The notes below the pieces were generated by a model, which worked only from the letters and a program-made list of their open reading frames with translations, ran no database searches and was not told the DNA's origin. A DNA stretch of 45,424 nucleotides from Limisphaerales bacterium. Lineage in GTDB: Bacteria; Verrucomicrobiota; Verrucomicrobiia; Limisphaerales; SIBE01. Both the position numbers and the translations under genes were made by a program. Where the stretch lies: positions 1 to 45,424 of the forward strand of contig JBGAIN010000050.1 in assembly GCA_044225505.1 (NCBI GenBank). The letters are read 5' to 3'. Below, piece by piece: positions 28,757-38,814 of this stretch (positions within the stretch are counted from its first letter, which is position 1; every line of letters starts with the position of its first letter).

Positions 28757-29857
28757 TCATGGGGTGATCTCTTCAGAAAGGGCTCGTGACCCGAGCCGGG
28801 ATTCGCCAGGGTTGCCCTCCTCGCACTGCTCGAGCGATAGATGTCGAAAGGCTTCCCTCCGCAATGCCGGTTCATCCAAACCGATTCCGATAAGGAGCGC
28901 GAGAGTTAGGCCGTCAGGCGGCGGCCAGCTCATCTCGCCAAAGGAAACAAGATCGTCAACCCGGTGAAAGAAGTAGAAGGTGTGCGGATGATCCGCAAAC
29001 TGAACGATTCCTTTGGCTCGAATAACCGACTTTGGTAGCGACTCCAACCAAGTGGCAAGCTGAAGTGGACGCAATTCACGAGGCATGACCAATTGCATGG
29101 CCGAGTAGCGATGCGCGAGGGAGTGAGAGTGTGCGCCAGTCCAGTCAGGTTTTGACCTCCTGAATACCGAAGCGATGTTGTCTTCCTTCGGTACCCCCAG
29201 CCCGGAGAGCGGTGCAATCCGCAAGGCACGCGTTCTATCTAAAGTCGCGAAAGAGGAACGGACCAAATCGCGAGCATTCATTTCCACGAAGCCGGCCAGT
29301 TCGGCGGCAAGTTCCTCGCAGTTCACCGCTCTGGCGTGCGGGTTCAAGCGCCTGACCTCTTGTTGCACTTGGAACTGGCGGGCGTCGCCGACTTGATCGA
29401 GCCATGTGAACATCAGATGACTTGCGGCGCGCGTCTGCATTCGTTCGAGGTCTCGATGCAGGTGGCAGCCCCATCGTTTGGCATCCACCAGGTTGACTTG
29501 GAGCACCACCGGGAAGCGCCGGGTAATGTTCGGCAAGAGAAGCAATCGTTCCAGCAACGGCAGAGGATCGGTCGTGCCATTACTTTCGACTAGGACGGCA
29601 TCACGATCACCCAGCGGCATGTCTTCCAGTTCGGCAAGCAGATCATCGAGCGAATCGCAGCACACGCAGCCGCCGGTAATCGGAATCACATCGTCCGCCA
29701 AACCACGCAACGTCGCGCTGTCCACGGCGGCGTTGGCATAGTCATTGAGAATAACGTGCGCGCGAATGCCCACTTGTCCTAAGGTTGGGAGGATTTGCCG
29801 CAGCAAGGAGGTCTTGCCCGAGCCGAGAAAACCGGTGATGAGGAGAAGCGGAGTCAT
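28757..29857 (-). CDS. Divergent COG0523/CobW-family GTPase
   Basis: TGFLGSGKT, GGCVCC, VESNG, HSH and a CobW_C-like IRAKG. The G4 position reads TWLD. Start taken at MTPLL; the frame is open further upstream, to 30043. Confidence 0.85.
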   Translation of the reverse strand: MTPLLLITGFLGSGKTSLLRQILPTLGQVGIRAHVILNDYANAAVDSATLRGLADDVIPITGGCVCCDSLDDLLAELEDMPLGDRDAVLVESNGTTDPLPLLERLLLLPNITRRFPVVLQVNLVDAKRWGCHLHRDLERMQTRAASHLMFTWLDQVGDARQFQVQQEVRRLNPHARAVNCEELAAELAGFVEMNARDLVRSSFATLDRTRALRIAPLSGLGVPKEDNIASVFRRSKPDWTGAHSHSLAHRYSAMQLVMPRELRPLQLATWLESLPKSVIRAKGIVQFADHPHTFYFFHRVDDLVSFGEMSWPPPDGLTLALLIGIGLDEPALRREAFRHLSLEQCEEGNPGESRLGSRALSEEITP

Positions 29858-30091
29858 ACGAGGAAAGGAAGATGCGAGCACGGTCCGTTCGCTACCACTG
29901 GGCGACACGTATTGCTCGGAGTGATAGTATTCATGGAGTTTGTCATCATCTTCGTCGACAACGGCACGAGACCTGGGATCAAGGCGCAGGGATTCTCGAA
30001 TCCAGTCTTGATGTCCGATGATTTTATCATCCACCGGTGGCAAGCGGAGGTGCTGGTATCAAGATGGAAACTCATAAAACGGGGGCCGGGG

Positions 30092-31126
30092 TTATAATCG
30101 CCTCGCACGGTAGAATTGGAGTTGCGGCTGTGAGGTTGGCAGGCTGATTTCCTGCGGAGACATCTCCAGAATTACCGTCGCCGATTCGGACCAGGTCTGG
30201 AAATCCTCAGTAGCTTCAATGCGGTACTTGGATCCGACTGCGCCTATCAGACGAAAAGTGAATGCACCTTGCGGAGCGACCAGGGGCAAAAGCAGCTTTG
30301 GCGGGTCGACCGGCTCAGGTGAAAAAGGAAGGACATGGAAAGTGAAAACAGCTGGATCGCTGACGATGTTTGTCGCTTCGCCTGTGCGCTGGCCCTCGAC
30401 TTGGAAGGTGACCCGGTAGATACCGTTCGTGGTGAAACCCCAATTAAAGTGCTCGTGACTGCCGATAATCGGAGCGGTCTTGTCGTTATCGTCGACCCCA
30501 TCCCGGGTGTTCATTTTCAAGTCCAGCTTGCCGAATTCAGCCGCTTGCCAAACGAAGAAGTCCCCCGGACCTTCCACTCGCAGGAGGCGAAAATGGAATG
30601 GTTTACTGAAAACTCCTGGAGGGACGCCCTCGGCGGAAATACCAAGATATAAAAGACTCGGATTCTGGCTCTGCGGCAGAATCCAGATAGAATCCCCCTC
30701 ATTGCCGAAGGGTGTTCCGACCGGAAGCGTGATCTCCGAAGACTCGGCCGCGACAAGAATACTTTCGCCTGGATGATAGTTGATTCCATGATCTTCATCA
30801 CGGAGCGCCACGGAGAGGGGGCGGGTGCTGTTAGGCTGAAGAATGACAATGAAGTCACAGTGTCCGGTGTTGATCTCGACCGTCGTCATCGCTTGGGCTC
30901 GAGCGTCGGTCATGAAGGACAGCAAGATGGCGGAGAAGATACTCGCAGCCACAATACCGGTCCGACGGCAAAAGCGTCCAAAGAAGGTCGTCAAATGGAC
31001 CAACCCTTTCCATTCTGTGTCTGAGGACAATGGAAAAGAAGAGCGCTCCGACCGCTGCCCCAACCCAAAGCAGTCTATCCCGTAACCCATTTCCCGATGT
31101 TTCCGGTCGGAGCGCAAATTATTCAT
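30092..31126 (-). CDS. Secreted choice-of-anchor M (TIGR03769-like) domain protein with F[YF]R tail
   Basis: Signal-like GIVAASIFSAILLSF, then GHCD, IWILPQSQNPSLLYLG, VEGPGDF and HEHFNWGFTTNGIY. It ends QFYRARRL. The real start is probably downstream of 31126. Confidence 0.8.
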   Translation of the reverse strand: MNNLRSDRKHREMGYGIDCFGLGQRSERSSFPLSSDTEWKGLVHLTTFFGRFCRRTGIVAASIFSAILLSFMTDARAQAMTTVEINTGHCDFIVILQPNSTRPLSVALRDEDHGINYHPGESILVAAESSEITLPVGTPFGNEGDSIWILPQSQNPSLLYLGISAEGVPPGVFSKPFHFRLLRVEGPGDFFVWQAAEFGKLDLKMNTRDGVDDNDKTAPIIGSHEHFNWGFTTNGIYRVTFQVEGQRTGEATNIVSDPAVFTFHVLPFSPEPVDPPKLLLPLVAPQGAFTFRLIGAVGSKYRIEATEDFQTWSESATVILEMSPQEISLPTSQPQLQFYRARRL

Positions 31127-31194
31127 GGAAACGATTCAAATTCAGCAGTGATAAACACCCGCTTCGAGGCGGCTCGTTTTTCTCGCAGAAAAGC

Positions 31195-31217
31195 GCACAG
31201 GGCTCCGAACCCTGTGC
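31195..31217. terminator. Perfect 8-bp stem hairpin downstream of the permease gene (terminator or RNA-stability element)
   Basis: gcacaggg-ctccgaa-ccctgtgc. On the minus strand it is followed by gcttttct. Confidence 0.35.
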
Positions 31218-31240
31218 CAGGTGAACAATAATTGGGTCCA

Positions 31241-33652
31241 TCATTCATGCCGTAATGCCTCCATCGGATCGATTCGCGCCGCGCGGAGAGCGGGAATCCC
31301 GCACGCAATGGCCGTCACCAAAGTGAGCATTAAGGGCATTAAGAGATAGGCGAATCCGTCCACCCCGCTCAGACCCGCCAGTCGGGAAGCGAGCAGTCGG
31401 TGCAACGTCAGCGCGCCCACCAAGCCAATCACGATGCCTACCGCGACCACGGAAAGACCTTGCCACAATACGAGCTTGAGCAGGTCGCGTGGCTGGGCGC
31501 CCAAGGCTGCCCGGACTCCCAATTCGCGAGTTTGTTGCCGCACCGAGTAGCTAACGACCCCATAGAGGCCGATCGCCGCGAGCGCCAATGACAACGGGCC
31601 GAAGAGGCTGAACAACCTTTGGGCGAGGTGCTGAGCCCACAGGCTGGCACCAATCCGTTCTCGCATCCAGGCGGAATCGTAGATGGACTGATTCCCATCC
31701 AGTTCCAAAACCCGGCTCGCAGCGATGCGGGTGAGTTCCGCCGCGTTACGGCGAGTCCGAAGCATAAGCGCCGCATTTCCGGACGGGGACTGCCAAAAGC
31801 AACGGTAGATATCCAATCCGTGATCATCGATGGCGCTGGAATGTTTAACATCGGCCACCACGCCAACCACGTGCAACCACGGCTGGTCCGACCTCGCGTC
31901 CCCGGGTTTTAGTCGTTTGCCCATGGGGTGTTCTCCGGGCCACAAACGCGCGGCTGTGCTGGCGCTCACCAGGCATACGGCAGGAGAATCGGGTCGGTCT
32001 TCGGGGCCGAATTGCCGGCCCTGAAGTAATCTCATTCCCATGTCTTGGATGTACCCTGAATTGACGCGCTGCTCGCGCAGCCAGGGATTCTGATGTTGAT
32101 CAATGGCGGACTGGCCCTCAAGAGTGTACGGTCTCTGGCTCGATTCGTTGGTCGGCACAAAAGGAGGCAGACTATTCAGCCCCACACCGGATATACCTGG
32201 CTCCGTCGCGAGCCGATCGGCAAGCTGCCGATAGAAATTCACATATTGCACGTCGTTGGTATAAGTTCGCCATGGCAAGGCTACGCGAAATGTGAAGAGA
32301 CTTTGCGGGTCAAAGCCAAAATCCCCGCCCTGCAGCGCGGCAAAACTGCGCAAAGTCAATCCGGTGGCGATTAATACCATCAACGCCACCGCAACCTGGG
32401 CCCCCACGATCCACCGGCGAAGGCGAGCCCCTTGAGCCGCCTCGCTTGAGCCGCGGTCTCCTGACTTTAGCGCGCGGCTCAGATCACCGCGTGTCACTTG
32501 GATCGCGGGAAGGATCCCCGCGGCGATTCCGGCTATGATGGAAACCAGAAGCGCGAACAATAGAACCGGCGCATCGACCTTGGGATGCAGATGAGGAGGC
32601 AGGTCTGGAGCCACGAACACACGCAGAATATGGACCGCGCCGCTGGCCAGGAGCGTCCCGACCACACCGCCAACCAATGCCAGGAGAAGACTTTCCCCCA
32701 AGACATGCTTCAGCAAGCCGGTTCGGCCTGCGCCCAGAGCCAGGCGCACCGCCAGTTCCCGTTCGCGCGCGATCACCCTGGAGAGCAGCAGATTGACCAC
32801 GTTCGCGACGGTCAGCACGAGCACAAGCATGACCGCTGCCGTCAAGAGCAGCAGATACGGCCGGGTCTTTCCGACGTAAATCTCGCGCAACGGCGCCAAG
32901 TCTAAACCGACGCCACGATTCGTCTCGGGAAAGTCCTTTTCCAGCCTCTGACCGAGCGCCCGGACCGCGGCACGAGCCTGACCGAGGGAAACGCCCTGCT
33001 TCAGCCGCCCGACTCCATGCGTCCAGCGCTGGGAGCGGTCCCGCTCGAATTTGCCAATGGCGATACTGCGGAACAGATCCACCTTCGCTGGAAAATCGAA
33101 TCCGGGCGGGGCGACTCCACGAACGACGTAAAACGGGGCGCTATCCAACGTCAGCTTGGAGCCGAGGACGTTAGTGCGCCCGCCGTAACGGCGCTGCCAC
33201 AATCCGTGGGAGAGAACGACATTGAAGCTTCGATCCATGTCCATTTCACCTGGCCAGGTTCCCCCGAGGCTCAAGGGCACACCAAGCACTTGCCAAAGAT
33301 TATGCGTGGTCAGGATGGCCGGTATTTCCTCGGGCGCACTTCCGTCGGCGCTGGCGTTGTAAGCGGCGCCGACCACGTAAGCCGCGATATCTTCAAACAT
33401 TCCCGTCTGTTCTTGCAGGTCCATCAGCTCGGCCCGAGAAAGCCGGACGACTTCGCTACCCCGCACCGCATGAAGGCGAACCAGACGCTCCGGTTCCGCA
33501 AAAGGGAGCGAACGCAGAAGCAGCGCATGCACAAAGCTGAACACAGCCGTGTTCGCGCCGATCCCAAGTGCGAGCGTCAGCACGGCCACAGCCGCGAAGC
33601 CTGGGCTTTTCAGCAACTGGCGAACCGCGAATTTAAGGGCGCTCAAACTCAT
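31241..33652 (-). CDS. ADOP-type duplicated MacB/FtsX ABC permease (orphan, no adjacent ATPase)
   Basis: [33 protein letters not shown], two MacB_PCD/FtsX halves ([24 protein letters not shown]), ending [14 protein letters not shown]. Confidence 0.93.
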   Translation of the reverse strand: MSLSALKFAVRQLLKSPGFAAVAVLTLALGIGANTAVFSFVHALLLRSLPFAEPERLVRLHAVRGSEVVRLSRAELMDLQEQTGMFEDIAAYVVGAAYNASADGSAPEEIPAILTTHNLWQVLGVPLSLGGTWPGEMDMDRSFNVVLSHGLWQRRYGGRTNVLGSKLTLDSAPFYVVRGVAPPGFDFPAKVDLFRSIAIGKFERDRSQRWTHGVGRLKQGVSLGQARAAVRALGQRLEKDFPETNRGVGLDLAPLREIYVGKTRPYLLLLTAAVMLVLVLTVANVVNLLLSRVIARERELAVRLALGAGRTGLLKHVLGESLLLALVGGVVGTLLASGAVHILRVFVAPDLPPHLHPKVDAPVLLFALLVSIIAGIAAGILPAIQVTRGDLSRALKSGDRGSSEAAQGARLRRWIVGAQVAVALMVLIATGLTLRSFAALQGGDFGFDPQSLFTFRVALPWRTYTNDVQYVNFYRQLADRLATEPGISGVGLNSLPPFVPTNESSQRPYTLEGQSAIDQHQNPWLREQRVNSGYIQDMGMRLLQGRQFGPEDRPDSPAVCLVSASTAARLWPGEHPMGKRLKPGDARSDQPWLHVVGVVADVKHSSAIDDHGLDIYRCFWQSPSGNAALMLRTRRNAAELTRIAASRVLELDGNQSIYDSAWMRERIGASLWAQHLAQRLFSLFGPLSLALAAIGLYGVVSYSVRQQTRELGVRAALGAQPRDLLKLVLWQGLSVVAVGIVIGLVGALTLHRLLASRLAGLSGVDGFAYLLMPLMLTLVTAIACGIPALRAARIDPMEALRHE

Positions 33653-33818
33653 CAGGAGGCGTTGCTTGGGCTTTTAAGGACTGATAACCGCTCGTAGAAA
33701 TTGCATCACTGGTTCGCAATTTCTTCTCGCGTTGTGGTCTCATTTTCTCTGATGAAAGGCAGGTCCAGCGCTCCGCCCGTTACCGCTTGGAGTTGAGGGC
33801 GGAGCGCCGCGAAGGCTT

Positions 33819-36800
33819 CTAGTTCCCGCGTGTGACCCGGTAGAAGGCAGCACCGCCTCCGACGGGCACGGTAAACTGTTTGTCGCGACCCGTGCCGATA
33901 AACGGTTGGCCAAGGTTGCTCCAAGGTCCGGTAATGCTGCCTGCGGATTGCAGTTGATAAACGATACCGTCCTGAGTTGTGACGGTGAGCGCGAGCTTAG
34001 CTGCATCGGAGCGTGTCAGCCTCAGTTCCACTTCCGGTGAAACAACCTCGAAGTGGTAGTAGGCGACCTCGCTTGTCACCGCCTTGTTCCCAGCCGATAA
34101 CGTTCCAGACGCTTGTAGTCCAAGGCGGTAATAGCCAGGTTTGCTAAAGGCCCAATTGACGTGCTGATGCCCCCCGGTTGACAAGGTGTATGCATCTTGA
34201 TTATCCAGACCGTCCGCGCTGTTCCACTTGACTTGTGGCACTCCAAAGCCGTCCACCGTGTAAACGGCTACGTTGCCCGGTCCTTCCACCGACACCAGCG
34301 CGAGATTTACTTGATCGGCCACGAACACGCCGTTGGTGATTTCTTCCGCTGCCAGTCCCAGGAAGAGCAGTTTAGGATTCTCTGCTTGGGGAAGAATCCA
34401 TACAGGTGCGCCCGACGGTCCCAGGAAGCGGAATGAGTCATTCGAAGGCACTGTAGTCTGTGCTACAGCGGCAATGTGTAACAACGCTTGATCCGGGGCG
34501 TATTCGGTATCTGTCGCCTCGTGGTGAACGTGCAGATTGAATGCATCGTCCTCGAATGCGATGCCGATGTCCGTGTCGCCCGTCCCAACCCGCGTGGCGG
34601 GTCTCAGCAGGAGGGGACGCTCAGAACCCTCGCTCAAGAGGATGCCGCCACCGGCAATCCATCCTCGGTCGTTGATGCCGTAAGCCGCGGTGATCTCCAA
34701 CCCGGTGCCGAAAGGGACTAGCGTGTTGAGATCGCGCATCCCGTGAGCCGAATTCCAAACCCAGGCGTGGGTGTGGTCTGCGAAGGCATCCGCGGGATCT
34801 AGCGTGCCCCAACCCACCACTTGGTCGTTGGTGTTAATGGCAAACGCCCAGACATTGCCACCGCCGAGCGAGCCTAGATCTTGCATGCCGATTCCTTGCT
34901 CCCACAAGAATGCGCGCTGCATTGCGTTCGTGTCGCGCGAGCGGCCCACAACCTTGCCAGTCTCGCTCACGGCAGTCGCGCGGCTACTGTCGCCACCTAG
35001 GGTCCCCAAGTCGTCCGTCGCTGGATCGAGCGACCCGGAGCCAGCTCGCCGAAAAGCGCGTTGCTGCCCGTTCGCCAAATGGGCCCAACCGACAATGATG
35101 CCGGCGTTATTCAAGCCCTCCGCTCCGCTCGAATCTCCTCCGAAGGTGCCTAGATCAATTGTGGGTCCGTTGGTGGGTGAGAGAAACGCGCGCATCCTGC
35201 CGCCGGGGAGATCGAGCGTGCCCACGGTCGTGCCTCTGTCATTCACATCGTGTGCCTCGCCATTTTGCGCGCCAAGAATGAGAGTGATTTGCTCGAAGAT
35301 GCCGTTCGGGCCCAACCGATAGGGTACATAAGGCTCCGAGTCTCCTGCCGGCGTGGTGCTTGCGCCGACAATCCAACCGGTATCGCTGATGGCCTCCGCA
35401 CCCGCCGTGCGGCCACCGATCAGGCCGAGATTTTCCAGCACGCCATTTTCCCATCGGAAGATCGGATGATCGATGTTGTTCGTGAGACTTGACCCGCCGA
35501 CCACGACGCCTTGGTTGTTCACGTCGATCGCCGTGTTGAACAAGGTACCGCCAAACGTGCCGAGATCGGTGACCAGATAGACCGTATTATCCGGCTCCGG
35601 AGGCTGAGGTAGCTTTGTTTCCGGCACTTCCACGGTGTAGTAAGCGACCTCGCTGGTGACCGATTTATTTCCCGCGACGAGCGTGCCGGACGCGCGAAGC
35701 CCGATACGATAAGTGCCTGGCGCGTTAAACGCCCAGTTCACGTGCTGATGCGACCCGGCGACCAAATCAATGGTGTCGTTCGCGTTAATGCCGTCCGCGC
35801 TGTTAAAATGAACGACGGGATTGCCAAAGGAATCTGACGTGTACATCGCCACATCTCCACGGCCTGTTACAGTCACGAGCGAGAGGGTGAGTCGATCATT
35901 GACAAAGATGCCCTTCTCGATCTCTTCCGCTGCGACGCCGAGAAACAGAAGATCGGAGTTCTCGACGGCGGGCAGAATCCAGGTTGAATAACCCGGCCTG
36001 CCCAGGAAACTCAGTGCCACGGTGTCAGGGATCGGCTGTTCGGCAGCGGTGCCAACAACGAGCGTCGCTTCGGTCGGAGCGTATTCCGTATCTGTGACTT
36101 CATGGTGAATGTGCAGATCGAACGCGCCCTCTTCAAAAGCAATGCCAATATCCGTGTCGCCATGATCAATTCCTGGCACGGGCGTAGCGATGAAACCGTG
36201 GTGCCGCCCGGTTTGATCGACGTACTCGCCGACGATTACGCCCGCGTCGTTCAGGCCAAACACTTCCACCGAAGCCGCTCCGGGAGGAGTGAACACACTC
36301 GTGCGCCCGTCGCTGGTGCGGAAGAAGCCCGCAAACGTCTCGAACCCGTTGTTGACCGTCCCCGCAATCGCGCCGCTGTTGTTAATATCGCCGGGAAGCG
36401 TGTTTTCCCATCCCGGCACGGTGAAGACGGAGGAGAAATTGGTGCCGTTTACGATGACCCCTTGGAGATGGAGATTGTCGTCCCACTTCCAACCGGTCAG
36501 GGTACCGGCGCTGTTCATGCCGCGCGTCACCGTGCCGAGGGGCGAGCCAGGGAAGACAAGGTTAGTGGTGAAGCTCTTGTCCGCTTCGCGGCGGAAGCTG
36601 CGGATGAAAAACGGTTCGTCTTCGAAATGGTAGCCGTTAATCTGTCCGGCGTCATTCAAGCGCCAGAGATAGGTCGTGGTGGTCTGGCCCGGCGAATCAA
36701 TGGTGACAAATGTGCCATTGGTCTCGCGCAGAAAACCGTGCTGAACGTCCGGGTTCGCCGCATCGCGATAGAAGCCGACCATCCGTCCGGATGAATCGAA

Positions 36801-38804
36801 TCCCGTGGCAAAGGTGGCCGTGTTACCCGTGACGTTGAACGATAAGACATTGGTGCCGTCTTGGAAGAACCCGTGACCCAAATCATTCAGGTCGTGATAA
36901 CGACCGACGAGTCGCCCGTCGTTGTCGATGTCGGCCAACAAGGTATCCTTCGTCCCTGGCAGATCAAATGTTTGAAAGTTAAAGTGAGGGAGGTCCTTCT
37001 CCGGCGTGGCGATATAACCATGGAATATGCCATCGGCCGTCTGAAAACTACCAACGATCTGCCCGTTATTGTCCAACCCTGACGCCCCGATTCCGTGCCA
37101 TCCAGGCTCGCCCACAAATTCGATTTCCGTGAACTTTCCTTCCTCGTATAGGAAATAGCGATTGCGAGTTCCGGTCGATGCCTGGCGTGCGAATCCTAAA
37201 ATAGTTCCCTGATCCGTTATTGAGCTGAAGTAACTCGCGGTCGCATTTGGAAACGTGACCGTGGACAGATTGGTCCCCTGCAAAAGGAACCGGTAGGACA
37301 GCCTGTTGGTTACCGCATTCCCGACCAGGGAATAAACAGCGTAACCCAATAAGTCGCCCCTATTGTTGATAGATTCAAAGCCGGATAGGATCGCACCTGG
37401 GATCTCGACCTTGGTCAGGTTTGTCCGGTCGTAGCGCCAGGCAAAATTTCCCTGGGCACCAACCGCATCGCCGACAACCACTCCGGCGTCATTCAGTCCG
37501 CGAGCATACGTATTCCCCGCGCCGGATGGCGTGAGGATCGTAAAGTTGGTTCCATATCGAACATAGCCATCGCTCTCCATGAAGCCGGCGATATCATTCT
37601 GATTGTTGAGAGCAAATATGCTCATGCTTCCATAGCTCGGGTCCGGTTCGATAATGGTGAATTTGCCGTCAGCTGTCCGGAGGTATCCTTTGTTAATACT
37701 GTAATCGGCGTTGTACCATTCGCCCGCCATAACCCCGTTTGTGTTGATGGCATTGGCAGTGGTATGCACCGCGCCTGGCACATCAATGCGTGTCATGGTG
37801 TAGCGCTTTACGGGAATCGAAGGATAGGCCAGGAACGAGTGATTGATCTTGTTGGTATCTTGATATCGGCCGACGATAACGCGGGTGTCGTTGATGCCAT
37901 AAACGCGAATAGACGGTTCTTCCGCAAACGTAATCACCTGCGTTGATCCGTCGGCCCATCGAACAAAGGGAACCTCGGCGTTGGCCACGGTCTCCTTGTA
38001 ACCTCCAACGATGTCACCACGATTGTTGATCCCATAGAGGGTGGTCTGCGCGGCTCCGGGATAATTCCAGATCTGGAATGTGTCCGTCTTTGTGTCGTAG
38101 ATCAGACCATTGGCTTTGTCGAAGAAACCGTTGAAAGCAACTCCCACGGCGATTCCAGCCTCATTGAGACCCCACGCGCCGGAAGTTTGGTATCCCGGTG
38201 TGTTGAAGACCACATAGGTGTCATCCGGTTTGCGGACCCAGCCAACCGTGGAAGAGCCGCCCGCAACCTCACCGGCATTGTTGATATCGACGGTAAAGTT
38301 GAAATTTGTATCGCCCGGCCAGCCAATGGCCTGTAAACTGCCGTCAGCCTTTCGGACGAACGCCTTGTAAGTGTTCCCCTTCGGATCCGCAGGGTCTGCA
38401 GAATATCCAGCCAAAGTCCCGGCTTCATTAATACCTTCCCATTCTGTAAAACTGGAGCCAGCCGCGCCACCACGTTCGCGCTCACCTCCGTCAAAATAGA
38501 GATAGCCTCGACTGACCCCATCGGCGCCATCGAGCGTGCCGGTGATCATGCCGCGGTTGTTGATTTTATTCGCAGAATCGCCCGCGGAGTTGGTTAACGA
38601 TAGGCGCACGAACTGATAGTTCAGATGTATTTCGGCGTGCAACGAGGGCGTGACGACGCCCAAGACCGTCAACAGGAGCAGCGCTAGCCCTGCGCCCAGT
38701 CGCTTGGGTTTGGCAGACGGGCGCAAGGCGGGCGAAAGAGGGTCCTTCAAAGGATCAGGTCTCATTTTAGTGCAGGGTGGCAGAGTTTCTTGTTCGATTT
38801 TCAT
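33819..38804 (-). CDS. Large secreted protein with HAF-like beta-propeller repeats, two choice-of-anchor M domains and an F[YF]R tail
   Basis: Signal peptide (LALLLLTVLGVVTPSLHA), many [G/D/A]IN-x2-G-x-IVG blades and DLGT[FL]GG HAF repeats. Two GDTDIGIAFE...HQHVNWAF domains. It ends AAFYRVTRGN. Confidence 0.9.
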   Translation of the reverse strand: MKIEQETLPPCTKMRPDPLKDPLSPALRPSAKPKRLGAGLALLLLTVLGVVTPSLHAEIHLNYQFVRLSLTNSAGDSANKINNRGMITGTLDGADGVSRGYLYFDGGERERGGAAGSSFTEWEGINEAGTLAGYSADPADPKGNTYKAFVRKADGSLQAIGWPGDTNFNFTVDINNAGEVAGGSSTVGWVRKPDDTYVVFNTPGYQTSGAWGLNEAGIAVGVAFNGFFDKANGLIYDTKTDTFQIWNYPGAAQTTLYGINNRGDIVGGYKETVANAEVPFVRWADGSTQVITFAEEPSIRVYGINDTRVIVGRYQDTNKINHSFLAYPSIPVKRYTMTRIDVPGAVHTTANAINTNGVMAGEWYNADYSINKGYLRTADGKFTIIEPDPSYGSMSIFALNNQNDIAGFMESDGYVRYGTNFTILTPSGAGNTYARGLNDAGVVVGDAVGAQGNFAWRYDRTNLTKVEIPGAILSGFESINNRGDLLGYAVYSLVGNAVTNRLSYRFLLQGTNLSTVTFPNATASYFSSITDQGTILGFARQASTGTRNRYFLYEEGKFTEIEFVGEPGWHGIGASGLDNNGQIVGSFQTADGIFHGYIATPEKDLPHFNFQTFDLPGTKDTLLADIDNDGRLVGRYHDLNDLGHGFFQDGTNVLSFNVTGNTATFATGFDSSGRMVGFYRDAANPDVQHGFLRETNGTFVTIDSPGQTTTTYLWRLNDAGQINGYHFEDEPFFIRSFRREADKSFTTNLVFPGSPLGTVTRGMNSAGTLTGWKWDDNLHLQGVIVNGTNFSSVFTVPGWENTLPGDINNSGAIAGTVNNGFETFAGFFRTSDGRTSVFTPPGAASVEVFGLNDAGVIVGEYVDQTGRHHGFIATPVPGIDHGDTDIGIAFEEGAFDLHIHHEVTDTEYAPTEATLVVGTAAEQPIPDTVALSFLGRPGYSTWILPAVENSDLLFLGVAAEEIEKGIFVNDRLTLSLVTVTGRGDVAMYTSDSFGNPVVHFNSADGINANDTIDLVAGSHQHVNWAFNAPGTYRIGLRASGTLVAGNKSVTSEVAYYTVEVPETKLPQPPEPDNTVYLVTDLGTFGGTLFNTAIDVNNQGVVVGGSSLTNNIDHPIFRWENGVLENLGLIGGRTAGAEAISDTGWIVGASTTPAGDSEPYVPYRLGPNGIFEQITLILGAQNGEAHDVNDRGTTVGTLDLPGGRMRAFLSPTNGPTIDLGTFGGDSSGAEGLNNAGIIVGWAHLANGQQRAFRRAGSGSLDPATDDLGTLGGDSSRATAVSETGKVVGRSRDTNAMQRAFLWEQGIGMQDLGSLGGGNVWAFAINTNDQVVGWGTLDPADAFADHTHAWVWNSAHGMRDLNTLVPFGTGLEITAAYGINDRGWIAGGGILLSEGSERPLLLRPATRVGTGDTDIGIAFEDDAFNLHVHHEATDTEYAPDQALLHIAAVAQTTVPSNDSFRFLGPSGAPVWILPQAENPKLLFLGLAAEEITNGVFVADQVNLALVSVEGPGNVAVYTVDGFGVPQVKWNSADGLDNQDAYTLSTGGHQHVNWAFSKPGYYRLGLQASGTLSAGNKAVTSEVAYYHFEVVSPEVELRLTRSDAAKLALTVTTQDGIVYQLQSAGSITGPWSNLGQPFIGTGRDKQFTVPVGGGAAFYRVTRGN

Positions 38805-38814
38805 GGTTCAGGAA

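Noticed and set aside
24428..29857. Cobalamin biosynthesis role (true cobW) for the GTPases
   Set aside because: No cob/cbi genes or recognisable B12 riboswitch are present. The context points to general COG0523 metallochaperones.
29858..30043. Acidic N-terminal extension (DEDDDKLHEYYH) of the second GTPase as a real domain
   Set aside because: It needs a TTG start, and the family normally begins just before the Walker A strand. It cannot be supported without homologues.
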